Shown here piece by piece: positions 40,412 through 50,320 of a DNA stretch of 64,000 bases (position 1 is the stretch's first letter; each line of letters opens with the position of its first letter). The position numbers were made by a program, and so were the translations under genes. Under the pieces are notes generated by a model. The model made no database searches and had not been told where the DNA came from. It saw nothing but the letters and a program-made list of their open reading frames with translations. The DNA lies in contig CBDFMQ010000002.1 in assembly GCA_965249725.1 (NCBI GenBank), positions 1,760,001 through 1,824,000 of the forward strand, given 5' to 3'. Source of the DNA: Longimicrobiales bacterium (GTDB lineage Bacteria; Gemmatimonadota; Gemmatimonadetes; Longimicrobiales; Gaopeijiaceae).

Positions 40412-41091
40412 CTGAGCGAACATCGTTTCAGGGCCACCGACAGCTCCGGCGACGTCTCGGCCCTGCTCCTGGAGCCTTCCGAGGCGCGCGGCCTATTGGT
40501 CTTCGGTCACGGAGCGGGGGCCGGAATACGCCACCGGTTCATGGAGGATGCGGCGGCACGCCTGGCGGACCGGGGCATCGCCACGTTCCGGTACCAGTTT
40601 CCCTACATGGAGAAGGGTGGCCGGCGGCCCGACTACCGACCGATACTGCTCAAGACGGTGCGCTCCGCCGCCGTCGCCGCCGAGGACGTCTCGGGTGGAT
40701 TGCCTATGTTTGCGGGAGGAAAGTCCATGGGTGGACGTATGACGTCCATGGCTGATGCGAGTGAACCGTTGGACGGGATTCGGGGCATCGTCTTCTTCGG
40801 TTTCCCCCTTCACCCTGTGGCCAAGCCGGGAGTCGAACGGGCAGACCATCTCAGCGAGGTCGGCGTTCCCCTCCTCTTTCTTCAGGGGACTCGTGACAAG
40901 CTGGCCCCCTGGACCTGATGGCCCCGGTCTGCGAGCGTTTGGGACCGCGGGCCGAATTGCACGTCGTCGAGGGAGCCGACCACGGCTTCAGTGTCCTGAA
41001 ACGCTCTGGGCGCACCGACGACGAAGTGCTGGATGAGCTCGCGGACACCACACGAGCCTGGATCGACACCGTCATGAAGTCGGAGACGTAG
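40412..41091 (+). pseudogene. Alpha/beta hydrolase (KANSL3/Tex30-like) with a 1-bp deletion
   Basis: HGAGAG, GGKSMGGR and QGTRD, then a frame break in the C5 run at 40905-40909; continuation GADHGF...* ends at 41091. No ATG/GTG start in frame. Confidence 0.8.
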
Positions 41092-41093
41092 GC

Positions 41094-42509
41094 ATGATTA
41101 GATGGACCACACGGATCGTCCTGATCACCGGGGCCATCGCGACCGCAACGGCGGCGGGATTTGCGCCTGTGGCATCGCAGGTCACCCTGGAGCCGCACCA
41201 GGAGCTGGCTCGCGAGCTGCTACGTGAACTCATCGAGATCAACACGGTGGACTCGGCCGGCACCACGGCAGCGGCCGAGGCCATGGCGAAACGCCTTCTC
41301 GACGCGGGTTTCCCGAGCGAAGACGTCAACGTGGTGGGACCCAACGAGCGGAAGATGAACCTGGTGGCGAGGCTCCGGGGCAACGACTCCGGAAGGCCGC
41401 CCATTCTGCTTCTGGCCCATCTCGACGTGGTCGAGGCCTTGCCCACGGACTGGAACATGGATCCGTGGACCATGAACGAGATGGACGGCTACTACTACGG
41501 GCGCGGCGTCACCGACGACAAGGACGAAGGAGCCATCTACACGGCGAACCTCATCCGGTACAAAGAAGAGGGGTTCGTGCCGGATCGCGACATCATCGTT
41601 GCGCTGACCTCCGACGAGGAGGGTGGTCAGTTCAACGGCGTGCAGTGGCTCCTCCAGAATCGGAGGGACCTCATCGACGCCGGATACGCGCTGAACGAGG
41701 GTGGCGGTGGCGCCATCAAGGACGGCGTGCACCAGCTCAACTCGGTCCAGGCCAGTGAGAAGGTCTACCAGAGTTTCTGGCTCAAGGCCACGAACCCGGG
41801 CGGCCACAGCTCCCTACCCCGCGAAGACAACGCGATCTACGACCTCTTGAACGCCGTCCTTCGCATCAGCGACTACAGCTTTCCCGTCATGCTGAACGAG
41901 GTGACGCGGGCGTACTTCACCGGAACGGCCGAGGTCGAAGGAGGCGCAGTCGCCGGCGCGATGCGCACCATGCTCGCCGACCCGAGAAACGCTCCTGCAG
42001 TCGAGCGTCTCCAGGTCTTTCCCCATTACAACGCGCGCATGCGCACCACGTGTGTGGCCACACGGCTGAGCGGGGGCCATGCCGACAACGCTCTACCCCA
42101 AACGGCGGAGGCGATGGTGAACTGTCGGATCCTCCCCGATCACGATCCGGCCGACGTGCTGGCCACGCTCAGACGTGTCGCCGGCCCCGGAGTCGAGATC
42201 ACCCCCGCCGCGACGCCCAACCCGAGCCCCCCCTCCGCGCTGACAGGAGCAGTGCTGGGCCCCATCGAGCGGATCACCGAGGAGATGTGGCCGGGCGTAC
42301 CGGTAGTTCCGATCATGAGCACCGGGGCGACGGACGGCCTCTATCTGAGGCGCGCGGGGATTCCCGTGTACGGAGTCTCGGGCCTCTTCGAAGACGTCGA
42401 TGACAAGCGAGCCCACGGCCAGGACGAGCGCATCCTCATCAAGTCGTTCTTCGAGGGGCAGGAGTTTCTGTACCGGCTGGTGAAGGCGCTGAGCGGGACG
42501 ATCAGCTAG
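41094..42509 (+). CDS. Exported M20/M25/M40 metallohydrolase
   Basis: Signal peptide; AHLDVV, GRGVTDDK, SDEEGG, GGHSS and AHGQDER. Confidence 0.92.
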   Translation: MIRWTTRIVLITGAIATATAAGFAPVASQVTLEPHQELARELLRELIEINTVDSAGTTAAAEAMAKRLLDAGFPSEDVNVVGPNERKMNLVARLRGNDSGRPPILLLAHLDVVEALPTDWNMDPWTMNEMDGYYYGRGVTDDKDEGAIYTANLIRYKEEGFVPDRDIIVALTSDEEGGQFNGVQWLLQNRRDLIDAGYALNEGGGGAIKDGVHQLNSVQASEKVYQSFWLKATNPGGHSSLPREDNAIYDLLNAVLRISDYSFPVMLNEVTRAYFTGTAEVEGGAVAGAMRTMLADPRNAPAVERLQVFPHYNARMRTTCVATRLSGGHADNALPQTAEAMVNCRILPDHDPADVLATLRRVAGPGVEITPAATPNPSPPSALTGAVLGPIERITEEMWPGVPVVPIMSTGATDGLYLRRAGIPVYGVSGLFEDVDDKRAHGQDERILIKSFFEGQEFLYRLVKALSGTIS

Positions 42510-42609
42510 GCGTTCCCAAAACGACCCGACTCACGTCGTCAGGTTGTCCCTCAGGTAGCGCGCTACGTCGGATATGAGGCTGTGGACCGAGGCCTCGGCG
42601 ACGAGCCGC

Positions 42610-42951
42610 CTAGATCCCGAAGAAGATCGACACCGCGAAGTTGAGGAGCCCCAGCAGCAAACTTCCGAACAGCGCCGGCTTGAAGCCCTTCACCTCGAAG
42701 CCGGGGACGAACGCCGCGGCGAGCATGAGCATGAGGGCGTTCACGACCCACACGAACAGGCCGAGCGTGATGATCGTGATAGGCATGGTGAGCATGACCA
42801 GGATGGGTCGGATCACGGCGTTGGCGAAGCCGAGCACGAGAGCCCCGATAGCGGCGGCACTCGCGTCCTCCACCTCGATGCCGGAGATCATCTTGCCGAC
42901 CACGGCGAGGAGTCCAGCGGTCACCAGCAGATGGACTGCAAACTGAATCAT
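42610..42951 (-). CDS. YvlD/DUF360 4-TM membrane protein ('phage holin family')
   Basis: NA.IRPIL..LT.PI...TLGLF..VVNA motif. Confidence 0.88.
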   Translation of the reverse strand: MIQFAVHLLVTAGLLAVVGKMISGIEVEDASAAAIGALVLGFANAVIRPILVMLTMPITIITLGLFVWVVNALMLMLAAAFVPGFEVKGFKPALFGSLLLGLLNFAVSIFFGI

Positions 42952-43023
42952 TTTCCGATCCTGAAAAAGACGACTACGGTTCGGGACTCGACGCAGGGGC
43001 ACGCCCCGTCGACTCCCCTCCCA

Positions 43024-45567
43024 TTATGACGCAACAGGACCCCCGAGGGTTTCGAGCCGCCCCAATGCACCGATGAGATCGGGCTCATCGCCGAGCACAT
43101 CAAGGTGCGGATCCCCCCCTTTGAGGCGCTTCATGCGTGAGGGTACCGTTTTGATGGTATGCTTCCGGATGTCCAGCTTGTTCGTCACCTCGCTCCACCG
43201 CAGCGGCGTGGACACGGCGGCCTCGGGCACAGGCCGCACGCAGAACGGGGCTACCAACAATTGGCCTGATGCGTTTTGCAGAAAGTCCACGTAGACCTTC
43301 CCTTCTCGGCTCTTGAGGGCCCGGGCGACGGTAGCGATCTCCGGGAGCTCTCCCACCACCACGCGGGCGAGCAGGTTGCCGAGCATGCGGGATTGCTCGT
43401 AGTCCATCTGCCGTCCGAGCGGAATGAGCACATGTAGTCCTGAAGAGCCACTGGTCTTCACATAAGTGGGAAGCTCGATCTCATCGCACACCTGGCGGAT
43501 CACCTTCGCGACCTTCACCACGTCGGTGAACGGCGCGCCCTTCGGGTCCAGATCCAAGATGCACCAGTCGGGCTTGGCGAGGCTGGAGATACGACTCGAC
43601 CAGATGTGAAGCGGGATGGCCGCCGAGTTGGCCACCCAGAGGAGCGACTCCACGTCTTCGACGACGAAATAGTCGAGGACCTTCTCAGAGTCCTCACTCA
43701 CGATGGGCTCTCTTCGGAGCCACTCGGGTGCCCACTCGGGAGCGTTCTTCTGATAGAACGAGTTCCCGTCGATGCCGTCCGGATAGCGCGTGAGCACCAA
43801 GCAACGGTCTTGGAGATACGGCGAGATCCACTCCCAAACCGATTGGTAGTACTCGATGAGGTCCCCCTTCGTGTAGCCCGCCTCTGGCCAGAAGACCTTG
43901 TCGAGATTGGTAAACGGCACCGTCCGCTCCACCGTCCTGTCCACGACCTTCACCGGCTCGGCCAGGACCTGATCCTCGTCCTCGTCCTCGCCTCGCCTGA
44001 CGCACTCCTCGGCCTGCTTGTCGTCCCTGAGGCGCGCGAACGAGGGATGCCGGATGACTCCGGCGTCCGTGAACTCCTTGTATTGCACCTCGGCAACCAT
44101 CCGGGGCTGAACCCAGTGGTGGGCCTTGCCCTTGGGGGTCGGGCCGGCGCACGGAGGCTTCGGCTCGCTGTCCAGCGACTGGAGCTCCGCGAGAATCTCG
44201 TCGAGAAGAGCGTCGCTGAAGCCGGTCCCGACACTCCCCGAGTACGTCAACTCACCGGAGACGTACTGAGCCAGGTGGAGCGCCCCGAAACCGGGCCGTC
44301 CCCCCTTCGGGTCCGTGTAGCCCACCACGACGAAGTCGTCGGCCTCGACCGTTCGGATCTTGTACCAGTTCGTCGAGCGGCCCGAGCGATAGGGAGCGTC
44401 CGCCTTCTTGGCCACGATTCCCTCGAGACGCATGTCCGTCACCTGCTTGAACATGGCCTCACCCCGCACCGCAATGTGATCCGAGTAGCGAATGGGCCCC
44501 ACACTCGGAAGCACCTCTCCGAGAAGCTCCTTGCGGGAGACCAGCGGCAGATCTCGCAGATCGAGCCCACCGAAGGCGAGGAGATCGAAGGCGTAGAAGA
44601 CCGCCGGAAGATCCAGCGTCGCCTGGAGAATGTCCGACCGTCGTTGTAGACGGCCGCGCCGCTGGAGCCGGCTGAAGCTCGGGAGCCCGGCCTCATCGTG
44701 GACGACCACCTCTCCGTCGAGGACGGTGCCGTCGTACGGAAGGCCCTGGAGGGCCCGGGCAATATCGGGAAAGGTCTCCGTGAGGTCGTTTCCGTTCCGG
44801 GACCACAACACCGCTCGTTCGGTCTCCCGGGACGCGATGAGCCGGTAGCCGTCGTACTTGAGCTCGAAGATCCAACCCTCTTTGTCGAAGGGCTCTTCGC
44901 GGCTGGTGGCCAGCATGACCTTCATCTTCTTTGCCGAGGGGGACTCCTTCTCCGCTCCGAGCTCACGGGCCCGAGCGAGGATCTCCGCCTCGCGCTGCCC
45001 AGGTTCGAGAAGCTGGTCGACCAGGAGGCCCGAGTAGATGGAGTCGTCCGGATACCCCTCGGTGCCGCTCTCATCGACGTAGCCGTCACGCTCCTTGATG
45101 AGCAGCCAGTGGTTGTGTCCACGCTTGGGGGTGTGCACCAGCGTCCAACGGCCCCGCAGCTTGTACCCTCTCAACTCGAAGAGGAGTTTGCCGTGCTCCA
45201 GCCCGTGCTTCTCGCCGGGCACGTCGATCCAAACGCCCTTGTCCCAGCAGATGGACGGACCGGCTCCGTACTGACCCTCGGGGATGACTCCCTCGAACTC
45301 GGCGTACTCGAGCGGATGGGGCTCCACATGCATGGCGAGACGCTTGTCGGCCGTGTCGGGCGATGGCCCCTTGGGCACAGCCCACGACTCCAATGCACCG
45401 TCCATCTCCAGTCGAAGATCCCAGTGCAGCGAACTCGCATGGTGTTTCTGCACGACGAACAACCGGGCCTCACCGGCCGATCCCATGCCGCCGAAGGGCT
45501 CCGGGGTATCGGAGGCAGACCGCTTTTCGCGGTAGCGCTCGAGTCTGTCGTCGGAGGTGGATGACAT
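43024..45567 (-). CDS. ligD: NHEJ DNA ligase D (phosphoesterase-ligase-polymerase)
   Basis: FVVQKHHASSLHWDLRLE (PE), ELKYDGYR and EGIVAK (ligase), LDLDP and KTSGSSGLH (polymerase). Confidence 0.97.
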   Translation of the reverse strand: MSSTSDDRLERYREKRSASDTPEPFGGMGSAGEARLFVVQKHHASSLHWDLRLEMDGALESWAVPKGPSPDTADKRLAMHVEPHPLEYAEFEGVIPEGQYGAGPSICWDKGVWIDVPGEKHGLEHGKLLFELRGYKLRGRWTLVHTPKRGHNHWLLIKERDGYVDESGTEGYPDDSIYSGLLVDQLLEPGQREAEILARARELGAEKESPSAKKMKVMLATSREEPFDKEGWIFELKYDGYRLIASRETERAVLWSRNGNDLTETFPDIARALQGLPYDGTVLDGEVVVHDEAGLPSFSRLQRRGRLQRRSDILQATLDLPAVFYAFDLLAFGGLDLRDLPLVSRKELLGEVLPSVGPIRYSDHIAVRGEAMFKQVTDMRLEGIVAKKADAPYRSGRSTNWYKIRTVEADDFVVVGYTDPKGGRPGFGALHLAQYVSGELTYSGSVGTGFSDALLDEILAELQSLDSEPKPPCAGPTPKGKAHHWVQPRMVAEVQYKEFTDAGVIRHPSFARLRDDKQAEECVRRGEDEDEDQVLAEPVKVVDRTVERTVPFTNLDKVFWPEAGYTKGDLIEYYQSVWEWISPYLQDRCLVLTRYPDGIDGNSFYQKNAPEWAPEWLRREPIVSEDSEKVLDYFVVEDVESLLWVANSAAIPLHIWSSRISSLAKPDWCILDLDPKGAPFTDVVKVAKVIRQVCDEIELPTYVKTSGSSGLHVLIPLGRQMDYEQSRMLGNLLARVVVGELPEIATVARALKSREGKVYVDFLQNASGQLLVAPFCVRPVPEAAVSTPLRWSEVTNKLDIRKHTIKTVPSRMKRLKGGDPHLDVLGDEPDLIGALGRLETLGGPVAS

Positions 45568-45748
45568 CCGGGAACGTTAGCGGGGGCCCGTGGCCCTGCA
45601 CCACCTCCCCACACCCACACGCACTGGAATAGCGCCGCCGGTCGTCCCACATTGCGACCAAGACGCCGGGCCTTCGTATCGCAGCTTCCCTCGGCCAAGG
45701 TGCGTGAGGGCCCAAATCGTAGCCGGCTTCACGAGGGGCGGAGGTCCC

Positions 45749-47197
45749 ATGCATGATTCATCCGTGATCGAGAGGTGTGCACCCCCGCGGGCCGTGAACG
45801 GTAGTCAGGTAGCACAGCTCGTTCGAGCGCTCGCCCTCTCGGCTCTGGCAGCGCTGGCATTCTCGAGCACGGGCGAGCTGAATGCGCAGGACGCCGCACT
45901 CGGGCCGGCGAATCCGCTCACCAAGCTCGGGGGCTCACCGAACGTGCAGCTCCTCAGCCACCTGCCGCTCGAGGGGTTCTTCTACAACGGTGGGATCGAC
46001 ATCGAGCAAGAGATGTCGCGCCCCTACGCCTACGTCCCGCTGTGGCTCGACAAGGCGGGCTTCGTGGTGATCGACCTCGAGGACCCGGAGAACCCCGAGA
46101 TCATCTACCGGTGGGAGATCGAGAACGCCGAGCTCCATCAGTTCGGCCGTGGGGAAACGGGCAAGTATTTCAAAACGGGCGACCGTTACTACTACGTGAA
46201 GACAACGATCTTCGGCACCGCCGGGCCGGATCCGGACCTCTGTGCCGTGGTCTTCGATGTGACCGGTCTTCCCGACCCGAACAGCGTGTTCGAGGTCGGC
46301 CGCCTCCGGTCTCCGGATATCGTCACCGGATGCCTCAGCGTCTTTCCCTACAAGCACTCCGACGGACGTACGCTTCTCTTGGCCGGCGTGCGGGGGGCGA
46401 CGCCGGGGACCGAGCCCCACGGCAAGATCTACGACATGGACCGCTTCATCGCCGGAGATGCCGATCTGGGCTACGTGGGACCTGTGCCGCTACCCGACCT
46501 CGGCTTCGGGCCGACCAACTCCGCCTATCACGACCTCTACGCGGCCTACGACCCGGACAGAGCGCGCGATGTGGTCTACGGCGGCGGCGCGGGCGGGTAT
46601 CACCTGTACGACATGACGGTCCCCGAGGATCTCGAGTATCTGGGCTCGATTTCCGGGACGAGCGGGGTGCAGCGCGGTCATACTATCATCGCGACGCCGG
46701 ACGCTCGCTACGCCGTGACGCAGATGGAGTATCAGTTCGCGCCGATGATGGTCTTCGACCTCTCACCGATCCACGATGGGATCACACAGCGGATCTCACG
46801 CCCCACCGGCGCATGGATCGCCGACTGGAAGGACCTCGCCCACAACATGGAGGTGCGCTGGCCCTATGTGTTCGTGGCTGCATACGAAGACGGTCTCCAG
46901 ATCTTCGACATGCGAGACCCGGGGGACCCAATGACGCTCGGATGGCACTACACGTGCCACTGCACCCATCAGACGGGTTTCGGAGGGGGAGATCGCGTCA
47001 GGGGTACAAGCGTCTTCAACGGGGCCATGGAGGTGGACGTGCGAAACGAGGACGGACTGATCGTGGTCAGCGACCTCAATACGGGGTTCTGGGCGTTCCG
47101 GCTCAACGGCTTTACGGGGTGGAACGGCAGGGAGTACGGCCTCCCCAACATCTCGAGTGCGCAAGATTGGGACTTCGGGCCGCCCGTCCGCAGGTAG
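45749..47197 (+). CDS. Secreted LVIVD-like beta-propeller protein
   Basis: Signal-like N-terminus; YHD, GHT, AHN, YEDGLQIFD and SDLNTGFW motifs. Confidence 0.7.
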   Translation: MHDSSVIERCAPPRAVNGSQVAQLVRALALSALAALAFSSTGELNAQDAALGPANPLTKLGGSPNVQLLSHLPLEGFFYNGGIDIEQEMSRPYAYVPLWLDKAGFVVIDLEDPENPEIIYRWEIENAELHQFGRGETGKYFKTGDRYYYVKTTIFGTAGPDPDLCAVVFDVTGLPDPNSVFEVGRLRSPDIVTGCLSVFPYKHSDGRTLLLAGVRGATPGTEPHGKIYDMDRFIAGDADLGYVGPVPLPDLGFGPTNSAYHDLYAAYDPDRARDVVYGGGAGGYHLYDMTVPEDLEYLGSISGTSGVQRGHTIIATPDARYAVTQMEYQFAPMMVFDLSPIHDGITQRISRPTGAWIADWKDLAHNMEVRWPYVFVAAYEDGLQIFDMRDPGDPMTLGWHYTCHCTHQTGFGGGDRVRGTSVFNGAMEVDVRNEDGLIVVSDLNTGFWAFRLNGFTGWNGREYGLPNISSAQDWDFGPPVRR

Positions 47198-47234
47198 GGG
47201 CTCATCACCTTTTCATTGCGTAGTTCCGGGGCGT

Positions 47235-47246
47235 GAACATATGTTT
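47235..47246. promoter_or_regulatory. Palindrome GAACATATGTTT upstream of ku
   Basis: Perfect 10-bp core AACATATGTT in an AT-rich leader. Confidence 0.35.
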
Positions 47247-47285
47247 TCTTCCGCCTTTTAGTCATGGAAAAGGGAGTTTTTCACA

Positions 47286-48135
47286 ATGGCCGCACGTCCG
47301 ATTTCCACGTCGACCATCTCGTTCGGGTTGGTTTCCGTGCCGGTAAAGCTCTATGCGACCGGGGAATCCAAGTCTCGGATCTCGTTCAACATGGTCCACA
47401 AAGACTGTGGAACCCGTGTGAAACAGCAGTACATCTGTCCGAAGGACGACGGTGATCGTCCCCTGAGAGGACATGGTAAAGGGGTACGAGTTCGCCAAGG
47501 GGCAGTACGTGCTCTTCACTCCCGAGGAACTCAAAGCGGTCGAGCAGCCCAAGACCGACTCCATTCAGATCACGGAGTTCGTTCCTTCGGATCAGGTGGA
47601 CCGCCTGTTCCTCGACCGCGCCTACTACCTCGGGCCGGACAAAGGTGGCAACCGGGCCTACTTGCTCCTTTCCGCGGCCCTGCAGGAGACCGAGCGCGTC
47701 GCCATCGCCAAGTACGCTACCCGGGGCAAACAGTACCTCGTGATGGTGCGCCCCTTCGGCGAAGGCCTGCTGATGGAACAGCTCCTCTACGCCGATGAGG
47801 TGCGCGACTTCGCGGATGTGCCGGTGGAGGAGGGCGAGGTGGACGACTCCGAGCTGAAGCTGGCGGTGCAGCTCGTGGATCAGGCGTCTTCGGAAGAGTT
47901 CCAGGCCAAGGAGTACAAGGACGAAGTCCGCGACCGGATGCTCGAGCTCATCCAGCAGAAGGTCGACGGCGAGGAGATCGTCTCGTCGGTCACCGAAGAG
48001 CCCCAGACACAGATCATCGATCTGATGGCGGCCCTCAAGGCCAGTCTCTCCGACGAGGGCGAGGAGAGGAAGCCGGCCAAGAAGGCATCCAGTAAGAAGA
48101 AGACCACAGCCAACAAGAAGGCGTCTTCGGGCTGA
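47286..48135 (+). pseudogene. ku: Ku protein, interrupted (+1 frame change near 47450-47470)
   Basis: ISFGLVSVPVKLY N-terminus in one frame; MVKGYE...AYYLGP...IIDLMAALKASL and a basic tail in the +1 frame. Confidence 0.9.
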
Positions 48136-48205
48136 TCGCCCGGGCAACCAGGCGGACCGACCACGATCGGCGGCTGATGAGCCTGCCCGACCTGGGGACG
48201 GAAAC

Positions 48206-49036
48206 ATGAAGGTGAACACCACTGGGTACACCACCCGGCAGGTAGCCGAGATCCTCGGCATCCCTATTGCCCGTGTGCAATCTCTCGCCAGGTCCGGGTT
48301 CTTCGATCCTGCCAGGGGCCCCCGCAACGAATACCGGTTCTCCTTCTCGGACATCATTCTCCTCCGCACCACCCGTGACCTGAGGGATGCAGGCGTCTCG
48401 ATGCAGCGCGTCGGCGGGGTTCTTCACGCACTGCGTGAGAAGCTCCCGGAAGGTGAGCCGCTGAGCGCTCTCCACATCACTTCCGACGGGGACACCGTGG
48501 TGGTGAAGGAAGAGAGCACTGTCTGGGATCCGCGATCCGGCCAGGTCCATCTCGACTTTTCCGTCGGTGAGCTCGCCGAGAAGGTCGAGCCCATCGCCCG
48601 CGCGGGCGCCTCACATCATGCGTCGGTCGACCTGACCGCCGACGAGTGGTACGACCTGGCGCTGGATCTGGAGCCGGTAGCGACGGACCGCGCCACGGAT
48701 GCGTACCGACGCGCACTCGCCCTCAACCCGGGGCATGTAAGGGCTCATCTCAACTTGGGCCGCCTGCAGCACGAAGCGGGAGAGGTCGAGTCGGCCGAAG
48801 CCCACTACCGTCAGGCGTTGGCCGCCAATCCCGATTCACCGACCGCCGCCTTCAACCTGGGCGTGGCTCTGGAAGACCTCGGACGGGTCGAGGAGGCCAT
48901 CCAGGCGTACGAGAGGGCGCTACGCTCCGAGCCGGACATGGCATCGGCGCACTACAACCTGTCGCGCCTCTACGAGGCCCAGGGGCGGTCCAAGGAAGCG
49001 CTGCGACACCTGGCCGACTACAAGCGGTTGGTCTAG
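48206..49036 (+). CDS. MerR-type HTH plus TPR-repeat protein
   Basis: YTTRQVAEILG...YRFSFSDIILLR MerR motif; 3-4 TPRs (AHLNLG, AAFNLG, AHYNLS). Confidence 0.88.
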   Translation: MKVNTTGYTTRQVAEILGIPIARVQSLARSGFFDPARGPRNEYRFSFSDIILLRTTRDLRDAGVSMQRVGGVLHALREKLPEGEPLSALHITSDGDTVVVKEESTVWDPRSGQVHLDFSVGELAEKVEPIARAGASHHASVDLTADEWYDLALDLEPVATDRATDAYRRALALNPGHVRAHLNLGRLQHEAGEVESAEAHYRQALAANPDSPTAAFNLGVALEDLGRVEEAIQAYERALRSEPDMASAHYNLSRLYEAQGRSKEALRHLADYKRLV

Positions 49037-49043
49037 CTCCCTC

Positions 49044-50309
49044 CTATTTCGCCACCCGGTTCCGCCCCGCCTTCTTCGCACGATACAGGGCTTTGTCGGC
49101 CGCCTTCACGACCTCCTCGCCGGTGGCGGCCTTCTCGGTGCGTTCGGCGACCCCGATGCTCACGGTCACCGACAGGCGCCGCGCGGCCTTCTTCTTGGCC
49201 CGCTTGGCCCACAGCTTCCAAGGCGAGGGCTTCTTGGCGGCCGGCCTTTCCCGGGGCCGTCCCATTCGCCGCACGGCGAACCGGCTCGCCTCGATCCGCT
49301 CCCGCAATTCCTCGAGATGCGGTAGCGCGTCTTCACGGTCTTTGCCCGGGAAGACGACCGTGAACTCCTCACCGCCGTAGCGAAACGCACGGCCCCCTCC
49401 ATTCACCTTGGCCAGCTGAGCACCCACGAGCCGAAGGACCTGATCACCGACGTCGTGACCGTGACGATCGTTGAACCGCTTGAAGTGGTCGACGTCCACC
49501 ATGGCCACCGCGTAGGCACGGCCGGCCGAGTCGATCTCCTGCCACAGAGCCCGCCTCGCGGGGAGTCCCGTGAGCTCGTCCCGGAATGCCATCGCGTAGG
49601 ACGTCTCGACCACGGCCAGTGCGAGGACCAGGGCCCCGGCCGTGAGGTGCACGGTAGAGCCGACCGAGTCGGCTCCGTGCCCGAGCGCGAAGAGCACCGC
49701 GATCGTGGTCCAGAAGAGCCCCTTCTCCACCGGGTGGTCCCGGCGGATCGCCATCCCCAGGGTGACCACTGATGCGCACAGTCCCGCTACGACCGCGCCA
49801 TTCGATAGGCCGAGCCATCCAGAGGGGACCCAAGGCAGAAACGGCTCCCAGGTCCAGGTGAGCAGGTCCGGCCGGACGTCCCATAGCACCAAGCCGGCTG
49901 CGAACGCCAAAGCGACCGTCACGGGTTGGAGGACGCCGAGGCCGGAGAAGATCCCCCGGTCCTTCAGGACCGCGAGGATTCCGATGGCGAAGAGCAGGAC
50001 GATGCCGCCCGTACCCCACGCCGACCCGAGGGGGGCCTCGAGCATCCCAGGCTCGAGAACCGGAGGGCGGCCGACCTCGGAGCCTGATGCCCCCGGGCCC
50101 ATAGCGACCGGGCGGAGGAGTCGGTCCAACAGGATCAGGCCTAGAAGGGCGGCCCCGACCCTACTGCGCCGGAAGCGCCAGGCGAGAAGAAGGCCTCCCG
50201 CGAAGATGACCAGCGGATATCGCTCGACGGCCTGGTCCAGCCACGGGGCATCACCCGCCACCGTGGTGAGTACGATCCCGGAAAGGACCAGGACGGCGCC
50301 GGGCCACAC
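49044..50309 (-). CDS. Membrane-bound diguanylate cyclase
   Basis: Multiple TM segments; DELTGLP, DVDHFK.FND and RYGGEEF. GTG 50309 avoids overlap with the rhomboid gene. Confidence 0.92.
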   Translation of the reverse strand: MWPGAVLVLSGIVLTTVAGDAPWLDQAVERYPLVIFAGGLLLAWRFRRSRVGAALLGLILLDRLLRPVAMGPGASGSEVGRPPVLEPGMLEAPLGSAWGTGGIVLLFAIGILAVLKDRGIFSGLGVLQPVTVALAFAAGLVLWDVRPDLLTWTWEPFLPWVPSGWLGLSNGAVVAGLCASVVTLGMAIRRDHPVEKGLFWTTIAVLFALGHGADSVGSTVHLTAGALVLALAVVETSYAMAFRDELTGLPARRALWQEIDSAGRAYAVAMVDVDHFKRFNDRHGHDVGDQVLRLVGAQLAKVNGGGRAFRYGGEEFTVVFPGKDREDALPHLEELRERIEASRFAVRRMGRPRERPAAKKPSPWKLWAKRAKKKAARRLSVTVSIGVAERTEKAATGEEVVKAADKALYRAKKAGRNRVAK

Positions 50310-50320
50310 CCAGCCGACGG

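Noticed and set aside
42610..42951. Holin indicating a prophage
   Set aside because: The YvlD/DUF360 family is commonly chromosomal, and no phage genes are nearby.
47464..47466. TGA in ku as selenocysteine
   Set aside because: The position corresponds to Arg/Ser-like residues rather than Cys, no SECIS hairpin is evident, and a frameshift is also needed.
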